From Candidatus Gugararchaeum adminiculabundum (lineage in GTDB: Archaea; Micrarchaeota; Micrarchaeia; Burarchaeales; Gugararchaeaceae): a DNA stretch of 64,000 bases. A program made the position numbers and the translations under genes. Position 1 is the stretch's first letter. Each line of letters starts with the position of its first letter. The stretch is taken from positions 79,429 to 143,428 of the forward strand of contig CABMDC010000001.1 of assembly GCA_902384795.1 (NCBI GenBank). The letters run 5' to 3'. Under the pieces are notes generated by a model. That model worked only from the letters and a program-made list of their open reading frames with translations. It had not been told where the DNA came from and did no database searches. Shown piece by piece: positions 27,962-36,807 of the stretch.

Positions 27962-28708
27962 TCACGCCCTTTTTTTTGTTATACTTACTCCGCCTTTCCC
28001 AATTATAAAAACATAGGGTGAGTCATCAATGTGCGTCAGGCGCATTTTCAGCACTTCAATCATGCGCGTCCGCTTTCCCTCTATATTGGCGTGCATCATG
28101 CGCACGACCCCGTCGCACACATACTCGCTCACCGTGTCGCGCGAAAGGAAATGGGTGGATTCCGGAAGCTCGGAAATGACCAATGACGTGGCCCCGATTC
28201 CCTTGAGCTTTCCCACAAGCCCCATAATGGCCCCGCGCCGGACAGCCTCGCTCTGGGGAATCTCCCGGTGCTCGCTCCTTACGCCCATCATCTGCAAAAG
28301 CTCCACCCCGGCAAGCACTTCGCTGTATACTCCGAGCACAGTAATGGAATCAATGACAATCCGCTTGGCCTTCAGCCTCTTTGCCTCTGCCTCAATGGAG
28401 TTGATTATATTGACCGGGTGTGTGGCAGACATGTTGAAATTCAGCAGCCTGAGAAATCCCCTTTTCTCGCATCCCTCCAAATCCCAGCCAAACTGCCTTG
28501 CCTGCTCAAGCACCAATGGCCGGTTCTCCTCGAAAGTCACATAAAGCGCAGGCTCGCCTGTGGCAATTCCCGCATAAACATACTGGAGGCCCATGATGGA
28601 CTTGCCGCATCCCGGAGAGCCGCTCACCAATACGGTCGAGCCCTCTGGAATCCCGCCGTCCATCAGCTCGTCAAGCCCTGGCACTCCTGTCTTGACTAGA
28701 GGAATCAT
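27962..28708 (-). CDS. KaiC/RadA/ArlH-like single-domain RecA-superfamily ATPase
   Basis: TGVPGLDELMDGGIPEGSTVLVSGSPGCGKS (Walker A) and KRIVIDSITVL (Walker B). 248 aa. Confidence 0.8.
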   Translation of the reverse strand: MIPLVKTGVPGLDELMDGGIPEGSTVLVSGSPGCGKSIMGLQYVYAGIATGEPALYVTFEENRPLVLEQARQFGWDLEGCEKRGFLRLLNFNMSATHPVNIINSIEAEAKRLKAKRIVIDSITVLGVYSEVLAGVELLQMMGVRSEHREIPQSEAVRRGAIMGLVGKLKGIGATSLVISELPESTHFLSRDTVSEYVCDGVVRMMHANIEGKRTRMIEVLKMRLTHIDDSPYVFIIGKGGVSITKKRA

Positions 28709-28773
28709 AGTATCGGGTAATAGAATGAATAGATACTATATAAATATTGGGTAAAGATTAGGAAAAATCGGGT

Positions 28774-30849
28774 TTGCATACAACTCAGTTTTCCCAAGTA
28801 CTCCGCACCGTAAGATTTAAGGCAATAGCTAGTTTAACTAGAATTATGACTGAGAAGAAACCAGATTATCTCGGCGAGTATAGAATACATGGCGATAACA
28901 TTGTTGAATGCGAGCGAACATTAGATTTGATTTCAGAAGCTTTCGAGCTAGAAATTAGTTATGATCGCGGTCCAATGTATGCGCCTATCTACAACCTCGA
29001 CAAAGACGGAACGAACGTCGCTTCTGTCCAGCTATTCCCAGGATATGATAGATGGGGCGTGAATATCCAAAAGATACTAAAGCAAAATGGCGCCCCTCTG
29101 CGCGAAGCCGCCGATGCGATACTTACGAGGTTGACATCTAAGAATAAAGAGGAGATAATCTTTTCAATCGAATTCTGTAATGCGTTGCCTGCAGGAAATA
29201 ATGCGTGGCAGAGAACTGGCCGAGCTCTGGCTACTGCATCTGCAGGAATACCGTATTTGTATTATGCAGACTTGGGTGGTGTTGAACTCGACGAAGAAAG
29301 AGGGACAAAAGCACACAGATACCCAAACCCTCTAGTTCCATTCTCGTATATCACTCTTGGTTTGAATTATGGAGCTCTTTCGATTCCAGTTTACGCTCCG
29401 AGCCCATCAAGTCCTGAGGATGTTCGATTGCAGTTTAGAGAAACGTTCGGTCTTAGGGAAGGAAAGGAACTTGTGAAGTGTTTAATATCGGGAGTATCCA
29501 CCGATGCAGTCAAGAAAACGCTTACAGAACGAACGCTGATATTAGTAGAGCTGCTAGCAAGCCTTCGCAGACAAGATGATACGTTCAAAGGTTCTGATTG
29601 GAGAAAGTTTTTAGGACTGAAAAAAACAGAAGAGAAGATTAAGTGGCTGGAGAGTAAAGGGATGCGTTGGTCAAAGAAAAATGCCTCCAAGGTCAGAACA
29701 ACAAATACATTTCAGAAATTGATTTCTCTTGTAACTGGCGCGGGCAGTATCTCTGTTGGTGCGAGCGACATCCCAATATGTTTGATACCTGCCACGAAAA
29801 GAGGCAACTTAGCTAAGAGAATAAGTGAGTTATATGGTTCTTCGAAGCGTGATAAGTTTTATGAATGGTTTACCTCTAAAAAGTCCGCGCTTTTGATTGT
29901 CTGGATAACAGGATTTAAACCGCACGGGGACGATTCCCGGCCGGATCGGGGCTTGGTTCCACTCGCCCGTATGCTATTTGGCCAGGATATAGATGTATTG
30001 AGTATAGTTTACGGGCCAGCACCATCGAGTACGTGGAGTAAATTGAAAGCATCCCCCGCTGAGTTGGCTGAAGATAACGGCTTATGGGAATCAATCATAA
30101 ATCTTAGCGATGGATTGTTGGTCGATAGTGCAACTCTGCCTCAACGCCCGCTCACCATGTTATTGAGCAGTAAACGTATCCCCGCTAGTCGCAATCATTC
30201 GTTCTCTATGGCTAGCGCAGTTACAAAATTTTCAGAACAAGATGTCGATTCAGTTATACACTTTTTATTCTCAAAAAGTAACCTAACGGATATATTCGAA
30301 TGTATGTGTAACCCTCCAGGTGGTGATTGGAGTGGTCTATCTTTCCTAGATTTTAAAACAAAAATTCAGTATAGATGGACATCTCTGCCGCGGGTTTCGA
30401 AAAGTAACGGAAAAAGACCAGACCATGTAATAGAGATAAAACTAGGCGATGGTCGTGTTGCCGCTTTATCTATAGAATCAAAAGAAAAGGCAGTTGCTTT
30501 TGAAGACGGCATGGGTCTTCGCCTTGATAGATACATTTCTGATTTGATTAAAATGCCACCAAACGTCTATAGAAAAGATTCTGCTGACTGGGTCTTTGAT
30601 GTCAATCCAATTCAACTCAAAGAAAAGATAGTCTATCTTTCCGGTGCTGCTTATTGCTGGCGCGACGCTACAGAGTTAAAAAAAGTATTCAAAAGAGGTA
30701 AATTCGATTTTGTTTTTGCCTTTGAATTTTTTGAAAAAGAAGAACGAATAGTATTGCACGTTAAAGCCAGCGATAGCACTAAATCTATCCTAGAAAAAAT
30801 CTTAGCTAAAATGAACAAGACGGACGCGCTAGAAATCCAAGTACACTGA
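28774..30849 (+). CDS. Large hypothetical protein, candidate restriction endonuclease partner of the adjacent MTases (PD-(D/E)xK-like motif in the C-terminal third)
   Basis: 691 aa with protein-like composition. The C-terminal region has RPDHVIEIKLGDGRVAALSIESKEK, giving PD-x19-ExK spacing. It is convergent with the Dam-like MTase and their 3' ends overlap by about 20 bp. The start is uncertain: TTG at 28774 or ATG at 28846. TATA ctatataaat lies at about 28733. Confidence 0.4.
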   Translation: MHTTQFSQVLRTVRFKAIASLTRIMTEKKPDYLGEYRIHGDNIVECERTLDLISEAFELEISYDRGPMYAPIYNLDKDGTNVASVQLFPGYDRWGVNIQKILKQNGAPLREAADAILTRLTSKNKEEIIFSIEFCNALPAGNNAWQRTGRALATASAGIPYLYYADLGGVELDEERGTKAHRYPNPLVPFSYITLGLNYGALSIPVYAPSPSSPEDVRLQFRETFGLREGKELVKCLISGVSTDAVKKTLTERTLILVELLASLRRQDDTFKGSDWRKFLGLKKTEEKIKWLESKGMRWSKKNASKVRTTNTFQKLISLVTGAGSISVGASDIPICLIPATKRGNLAKRISELYGSSKRDKFYEWFTSKKSALLIVWITGFKPHGDDSRPDRGLVPLARMLFGQDIDVLSIVYGPAPSSTWSKLKASPAELAEDNGLWESIINLSDGLLVDSATLPQRPLTMLLSSKRIPASRNHSFSMASAVTKFSEQDVDSVIHFLFSKSNLTDIFECMCNPPGGDWSGLSFLDFKTKIQYRWTSLPRVSKSNGKRPDHVIEIKLGDGRVAALSIESKEKAVAFEDGMGLRLDRYISDLIKMPPNVYRKDSADWVFDVNPIQLKEKIVYLSGAAYCWRDATELKKVFKRGKFDFVFAFEFFEKEERIVLHVKASDSTKSILEKILAKMNKTDALEIQVH

Positions 30850-31641
30850 CTCGAAAACCGACTGGTTCATTTTGTCCATGACTTTTTTAAATGAGGAATT
30901 ACCAGACTTCAAAAGCAGATGGCGTTCATACACCTCTTCAGGCAGTTTAGTTGGGTAGACGATATCTCCTCTCATTCCGTCATAGGACAAAACATAGTGA
31001 ACGCCTTTATTGTTCAAATCATGAAGTGCTGAAACAAATTCCTCATAGTCTATTTTTCCATAGTACCTACCGCGCGTGTTGAAATACGGGGGATCCAAAT
31101 AAGCAAAATCGGAGCTCGTTGCCATTTTAAGAATCTCCTTATAATCTCCATGTATAAACTCCACCTTCTTGATAACCTTCGACCAATCCTTGATTATTTT
31201 TTCAATTCGCGAAGGTTGAATCCCGCGCCTAGTGTAGTGGAGTGAATTGTTAAACTCGCCATTGCTGTTGAAGCGTATGAGGCCATTTACGCAAGTTCGA
31301 CTTAAGAAAAACAGATCTTCTGGGTTTTGGTTTTCATTGAATCGGTCTCTTATTTCATAAAAGATAGTATGACCCTGGCTCTGTAATCTTTCCCAATCTT
31401 TTGTATACGCCCTTACCAAAGTCTCCGGGTCTTGCTGAATAAGTCTCCATAAGTCGATCAAAGGTTTACAAATGTCACTAGCTACCGCGAAGTCAGGTTT
31501 GCGTTTCTCCAAAACGGCATACAAAACTGATCCTCCACCGAGAAATGGTTCGTAATAGGTTTCGAACTCTGGGAATAGCTCTACCAAAGCATCTGCTTGG
31601 CTTCTTTTACTACCGCTCCATTTTATGACGGGATCAATCAC
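30829..31641 (-). CDS. N6-adenine DNA methyltransferase, alpha class (Dam/DpnM/MboIA-like, D12 family)
   Basis: N-terminal KWSGSKR and FxGxG-like EPFLGGGSV. C-terminal catalytic DPPY (AYLDPPYFN). 270 aa. Confidence 0.85.
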   Translation of the reverse strand: MIDPVIKWSGSKRSQADALVELFPEFETYYEPFLGGGSVLYAVLEKRKPDFAVASDICKPLIDLWRLIQQDPETLVRAYTKDWERLQSQGHTIFYEIRDRFNENQNPEDLFFLSRTCVNGLIRFNSNGEFNNSLHYTRRGIQPSRIEKIIKDWSKVIKKVEFIHGDYKEILKMATSSDFAYLDPPYFNTRGRYYGKIDYEEFVSALHDLNNKGVHYVLSYDGMRGDIVYPTKLPEEVYERHLLLKSGNSSFKKVMDKMNQSVFESVYLDF

Positions 31642-32500
31642 CAGATAACCTCGTTTGTTTCTTATTCTGCTTTTCGTAATCTAGACGTTTATTTGTTAGT
31701 TCTATATATTGCTTTTCAATTTCGAAACCGATAAATCTTCTTCCAAGTTTAAACGCAGCAAGACACTCACTACCAGATCCACAAAATGGCACTAGAACTA
31801 GGTCATTGGGGCGAGAAGTTGCTAAAATAATCCTTTCACATATTCGCAATGGTTTTTGAGTCGGATGTTTACCAAACCGCAACTCTTCCGGTTTTTTATT
31901 GTTTGGGATATCCCATACCGTTCTCATCTGTTTCCCCCGCTTTTTAAGGAGATCTTCTTTACAGTCCATCTCTTTTGTGTCTTGGTAATTAAACGTGTAT
32001 CTACGCCTACCCCCCCCGGTGTGCCCCCATAAAAGAGTCTCATGGCTTGCAGTAAATCTCCTCCCTGCAAGGTTTGGGAAAGAATTCCGTTTGTACCAGA
32101 TGATTTCGTTAATTATCTCTATACCCAGTTTTTGGAATAAAACATTAGTGACTCCTATATTGTGGTATGTCCCATAAACCCATATCGAACCAGTCGGTTT
32201 TAAGACCCTCTTTGCTTCGTTCAACCATATTTGGGTAAAATCCCAGTAATTTTGAAACGTCATATTGTCCCAATCGACTATTACCTTGTCCCAGTTGCCC
32301 CCCATACCATTTAGTTTTACGCTATTGTTCCATCTAAGTGGTTTGCCTTTCGAAAGGTTATATGGCGGGTCAGCAATAATGAGGTCAACAGACTCAGCAG
32401 GCAATTTCTTCATGCCTTCTATACAATCCCCGTTGATAATCCTATTAACGAAAGATGTCAGTTGGGAATCATTAGTGGCACTTTCATTTTTCATCTTCAC
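31634..32500 (-). CDS. N6-adenine/N4-cytosine DNA methyltransferase, beta class (DpnA/MboIB/HinfI-like)
   Basis: N-terminal catalytic IIADPPYN and C-terminal SAM motif VLVPFCGSGSECLAAF. The circularly permuted beta order. Overlaps the downstream MTase by 8 nt, so they form an operon. Confidence 0.85.
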   Translation of the reverse strand: MKMKNESATNDSQLTSFVNRIINGDCIEGMKKLPAESVDLIIADPPYNLSKGKPLRWNNSVKLNGMGGNWDKVIVDWDNMTFQNYWDFTQIWLNEAKRVLKPTGSIWVYGTYHNIGVTNVLFQKLGIEIINEIIWYKRNSFPNLAGRRFTASHETLLWGHTGGGRRRYTFNYQDTKEMDCKEDLLKKRGKQMRTVWDIPNNKKPEELRFGKHPTQKPLRICERIILATSRPNDLVLVPFCGSGSECLAAFKLGRRFIGFEIEKQYIELTNKRLDYEKQNKKQTRLSGD

Positions 32501-32685
32501 ACACCGACCGGACCATATATACGCTATAACTTAATCTTCTAATATAACTTCTTTAAATATCCCCCGAAGCCCGTCATTGCCACTGAAACCTTAATCGTTC
32601 GTCTCGTTTACTCCTCTGCTGCACAGTCCAAAAAAGTCAGGGCTTGGTCTCGCGCTTGTTTCCTCGCCCAGCGTTCGTCAATTAC

Positions 32686-35463
32686 CTATTCAATAAATAT
32701 GCTCGGCTTATTGGGCTGGGAAAACTCCGCCTTCTTTTTGTGCGCCTCTCCCATTTTCGCGGCATCCTCTTCCTTCATCACTGAAAATTCGCAGGAAAAC
32801 TCTTTTCCCAAAAATTCCGCAGCCCCTTCCAGCACTTTCACTTCTTCCTTCTGGCTCATCAACTTCGAACTCAGTCCCGCAACGTTTTTCACATACTGCT
32901 CCACTGCCTTGGCCACCATCTTTGCATAGGGCTTGACTTCAGGCAGAGCCATTGCCTTTTTCATGCTCGTATCAAATCTTTTCTCAGCATAAACAATTTC
33001 ATACACTTTTCTCTTCCAGTCGCTTGCGCAGTAGATTGAAATCTTCTTTGGCGGCTCGGTCCTCTTTATCATCTTCAGGATATTCTCAGTATCCTCAAGC
33101 AATGAAATCACGAGCTGCTCAGCCCTTTCCGCATTCTCATCGTACTTGGCAGACGCCTTTGGAAGCTTCTGCTCCACCACCATTCCTTTCTTCGTTCCTT
33201 CCAGTTTCTCCCAAAGCTCCTCAGCCAGGTGCGGCATGAAAGGTGAAACAAGTAAAACCCATTCTTCCAGAAGCTTCCGCAAATTCTGCTTCCCGTTCCC
33301 GATCCTCTTCTGGTACCACCTAATGTCATTAATCGTATTGTAAAAAATCTCCTGAGCCACTTCTCTTAGCTGCAATTGCTCAAACAATTCCTCGGCGTGG
33401 GCAACTCTTTTCCCCCAGCGTGAGGCAAGCCACTTGTCCGCATCGCTCTTTCCCCACTCCGCTTTGTCCTTGTTTTTCACGCTCTGCTCAATCAAATCAT
33501 TTATGATTTTTATCCTGGCATCAATCCCCTCGGCAAGCGTCTGGTTGAAATCGCTGTCAGCCCCAAGCTCAGCCCCGCTCACCACCGAGAACCGAACAAC
33601 ATCCGCTCCAAACTTTTTGACCGCACTTCTCAGCGAAAGAATATTCCCCAGCGATTTGCTCATTTTCCCGCCGTCCATGAGCACGAACCCATTGGTCACA
33701 ATTTGCCTGGGCCAAAGCTCGTGCGGGAAAATCGCCACATGGTTGAAGATGAAAAATGTCAGGTGATTGTGAATCAGGTCAGCGCCCGAGTGCCTGGAAT
33801 CCAGCGGATACCAATAGAGGAATTCTTTTCTCAGCGCGTCCATTTTCGCATTCCCCTTCCCCTCGCCAAGCAAAACATAGTCAAAGAATTTCTCATCCAA
33901 TTCCTCTGGCTTGAGTTCTGCCAATTTGTGCGCAATAGTATAATATGCCATGTAAATCGTTGAATCAGAAAGCGACTCAATCATTTTTTTCTCATCAAAC
34001 GGGAATTTCGTTCCCAGCCCGCTCGCGCGTGCGCAAGCTTTTTCTTTCAGCCAATTAATCGTATATTCATATTCAGCAATCGCTTTTTTCGGAATAATGC
34101 TCATTTTCGCAAAATGCCCGCGCACCTTTTCTTTCCACTCCTCATTCCCATAATCAATGAACCACTGGTCCTCAACTGTTTTCACTCCGCACAGCGCCCC
34201 GCACCTGCAGAAAACAGGCCCATTGATTATCTCATTCATAATTAGCGCTTTCTTTTCTGCAATCATATCTCCCTTGATTTTCTCCTTTGCTTCCAGTACA
34301 GGCTCTCCCTTGTATTTGCCCACAACCATGGTTCCCCCATGCGCCTCCTTCCTATAAACTTCCTTGGTCGCCTCTTCTGCCTTCGGATCATTCTGATCCT
34401 TTACCTGCATCTTCTCAACAACTTCCTTGGCAGGGAATTCCCCGAACCCCTCGATTTTCAGCACTTGAATAATCCCCTGCGCCTTTCCCAAATCCCTTAG
34501 CGCCAAATAGTCATAGGGCGCATGGGCAGGAACGCTCATCACAATTCCTGAGCCGTTTTTTGAATCAACAAAACTCGCTGGGTAAAGCGGCACTTTCTTT
34601 CCGCCCATGGGATTTTCGCATTCTTCCCCGCTTGCAATCTTCACATTCTTTTCTTCAACTGTCAAATCAGAATGCCGCATTTTCAATTTCTCAGCAGCCT
34701 CGGCCGAGACCACAAATTTCTCCCCGTTGAATTTCACTTTCACATAATTCGCTTTCGGGTTGAACCAGACATTGGTCACTCCGTAAATAGTTTCAGGCCT
34801 GAATGTGGCAGCCACAAGGAAGCCATCCTTATACTTGAATTTTATGAGCACATATTCGCCAAGCTCAGGGTCCACATCTCCCTTGGTATCATGGGAGCCG
34901 ACCGCATTATTGTCGCGCGGGCACCAGGGAACCGGATGCGAGCCCTTGGTAATAAATCCAAGCCGCTTCAATTTTCTAAATTGCCACTCAATGAATTTGT
35001 TGAACCGGGGATCAAAGGTGTAGAACTTCCTTCTCCAGTCAATGGAAAATCCCATCTCCTGCATTCCCTGCTCGATCTCCTTGGAGAAATAGGTCACCAA
35101 TTCCTTTGGGTCAGTCAATTCCGCAGCTTTCCCCCTCGGGATTCCATAAATGGTCTCAAAAATTTTCAGCAGCTCCTCATCCTTTTCGGCAATCCGTTTC
35201 GCCATTGCCAAAATTGGAGTTCCTGTTACGTGAAAAGCCATGGGCAGGAGCACGTTCTTCCCCTGCATCCTCTTGAATCTTGCATAAACGTCAGTAGTGG
35301 TGTAGGTTCTCGCATGGCCGATATGCTGGGGCGAATTCGGGTAGGGGAACGCGGCGGTCAGATAGAATTTTTCCCTTTTATCCGGGTTGCTCTCGTAGGC
35401 TTTCTTTTCGCGCCATTTTTTCTGCCATTTCGATTCAATTAGCTGGTAATCCATCTCTCCCAT
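32686..35463 (-). CDS. leuS: Leucyl-tRNA synthetase (archaeal/eukaryal type)
   Basis: 925 aa. HIGH motif (PYPNSPQHIGHARTY) and KMSKS (GGKMSKSLGN). Confidence 0.95.
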   Translation of the reverse strand: MGEMDYQLIESKWQKKWREKKAYESNPDKREKFYLTAAFPYPNSPQHIGHARTYTTTDVYARFKRMQGKNVLLPMAFHVTGTPILAMAKRIAEKDEELLKIFETIYGIPRGKAAELTDPKELVTYFSKEIEQGMQEMGFSIDWRRKFYTFDPRFNKFIEWQFRKLKRLGFITKGSHPVPWCPRDNNAVGSHDTKGDVDPELGEYVLIKFKYKDGFLVAATFRPETIYGVTNVWFNPKANYVKVKFNGEKFVVSAEAAEKLKMRHSDLTVEEKNVKIASGEECENPMGGKKVPLYPASFVDSKNGSGIVMSVPAHAPYDYLALRDLGKAQGIIQVLKIEGFGEFPAKEVVEKMQVKDQNDPKAEEATKEVYRKEAHGGTMVVGKYKGEPVLEAKEKIKGDMIAEKKALIMNEIINGPVFCRCGALCGVKTVEDQWFIDYGNEEWKEKVRGHFAKMSIIPKKAIAEYEYTINWLKEKACARASGLGTKFPFDEKKMIESLSDSTIYMAYYTIAHKLAELKPEELDEKFFDYVLLGEGKGNAKMDALRKEFLYWYPLDSRHSGADLIHNHLTFFIFNHVAIFPHELWPRQIVTNGFVLMDGGKMSKSLGNILSLRSAVKKFGADVVRFSVVSGAELGADSDFNQTLAEGIDARIKIINDLIEQSVKNKDKAEWGKSDADKWLASRWGKRVAHAEELFEQLQLREVAQEIFYNTINDIRWYQKRIGNGKQNLRKLLEEWVLLVSPFMPHLAEELWEKLEGTKKGMVVEQKLPKASAKYDENAERAEQLVISLLEDTENILKMIKRTEPPKKISIYCASDWKRKVYEIVYAEKRFDTSMKKAMALPEVKPYAKMVAKAVEQYVKNVAGLSSKLMSQKEEVKVLEGAAEFLGKEFSCEFSVMKEEDAAKMGEAHKKKAEFSQPNKPSIFIE

Positions 35464-35527
35464 GGGCTATTCTTTGCGCCGACAACTATTTTTAACTAAC
35501 CCCGCGGATTGGAGGCAGGCAATGAGC

Positions 35528-36691
35528 CTAGCCCCCCTCAATGCCCTCAACAAGCAGGCCTTTTGCAAAAGCAGTTTGGATTTCAGTCCAATTTTGGCCC
35601 AGTTCGCTCCTGTACCTTCCGTCGCTCGAACCTTGCACCAGCTCTTTTATGTGTTTTTCATCCCTGGCTTCAATGGATCCCTTCAATTCCTTGAGCAGAT
35701 CGATTCTTTTCGCGATTTCAGGAAATTTCGCCCTGAGTTCTTCGTCTTTTACTCTGATCACTTTTTCAAGCGTGCCCATTTCCTTTTCCATGGCAATGCG
35801 CGCATCGTCCCATCTCACATCCCATTTGCCTTTCGCGCCCATTGCATTGTTTATTTCCCTCTGGGTAACCTGCATTGCGGAGAAAACTTTCCTGGCGCTT
35901 GCCCTGCTTCCGGTCTCCCCCCGCACCTCGTCTCTTACTTCGATTATCGGCCTGGGCGCATCGCCCTCTCTCAGGTCCTCTTCCACATACCTTCTTTGTA
36001 TCGCGCTGACATCTTTTCCATCCAGGCGGGTTCCATCCGGCCTTTCATAGAGCCGGGCCGACTGGTTGTAAACATATCTCCTGCCATCCTCTGTTTCAAT
36101 GTAGGATTTCCCGTCATCCGTTGCCCCCATTGTCCAGTTCTGAATTTTTTTCTCCTCTTCCTTTGTTATCCCCAGCGCAGGCCCCAGGGGCGAGGCCGCG
36201 GTCACATCCGGCGTTTCCGCTTTGGTCTTACCCTGAACCATCACAATCTGTTCCTGCGTTCTCTTGACCGCCTCTTCCAGTTGAATTCCATCAGCCATAA
36301 AATTTTCAAAAAGCGCGAATTTTCCTTCCACATACAGTTTCCAGCTGTGCTCATCCATAAAATTTTGCGGAGCCGTGTCCTTGACCATGTTCGCGCTCCT
36401 GCTGCTCTCAACCTGCTGCTGGCGCGCATTATTCAGGGTCTGCATAACCGCCGCCTGGCCCAGCAACATCCTCGCATCCATCTCCAGTTTTGTGGATTTT
36501 GCGAGATTCTCGAGAATCGTTTGCCAGCCGGGCTTATTCACGCCCAGGGCTCTGAAAAGAAGATTCTGGTCATTCTTGAAAGTTTCCCTGATAAACCGGC
36601 TATTGTTCCAAACATTATTGATTGCCTGCAGCACTTGCGCGGGAATTTCGTTTTTCAGCTGCGAAGATTGCGCCCCATCAGATCCCGCCAA
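35528..36691 (-). CDS. Hypothetical soluble protein (387 aa, charged, no TM or signal peptide), divergently transcribed from the paralog array
   Basis: Protein-like composition. The antisense ORFs on + (35462-36872) have garbage-like composition. Confidence 0.6.
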   Translation of the reverse strand: MAGSDGAQSSQLKNEIPAQVLQAINNVWNNSRFIRETFKNDQNLLFRALGVNKPGWQTILENLAKSTKLEMDARMLLGQAAVMQTLNNARQQQVESSRSANMVKDTAPQNFMDEHSWKLYVEGKFALFENFMADGIQLEEAVKRTQEQIVMVQGKTKAETPDVTAASPLGPALGITKEEEKKIQNWTMGATDDGKSYIETEDGRRYVYNQSARLYERPDGTRLDGKDVSAIQRRYVEEDLREGDAPRPIIEVRDEVRGETGSRASARKVFSAMQVTQREINNAMGAKGKWDVRWDDARIAMEKEMGTLEKVIRVKDEELRAKFPEIAKRIDLLKELKGSIEARDEKHIKELVQGSSDGRYRSELGQNWTEIQTAFAKGLLVEGIEGG

Positions 36692-36807
36692 GGCATCACC
36701 GCTAATTCACGCTCATCCGTCATTTATATTCCTTGTTCTTCCCCTTTGCCAAGCAGGTTTGCCGATGGCAATAATTTTTAAGCTGGAACCAGCAAATTCC
36801 CCCTTGC

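Noticed and set aside
27962-28708. Calling the KaiC-like ATPase the archaellum protein ArlH/FlaH
   Set aside because: No archaellin, ArlI or ArlJ genes are nearby. The neighbours are a lipoprotein and an R-M-like module, so only the generic KaiC/RecA-like call is supported.
28774-28930. N-terminal HGDNIVECE in the 691-aa protein as a second nuclease motif
   Set aside because: The D-to-E spacing is too short for a PD-(D/E)xK core. It is mentioned only as a possibility, not as evidence.
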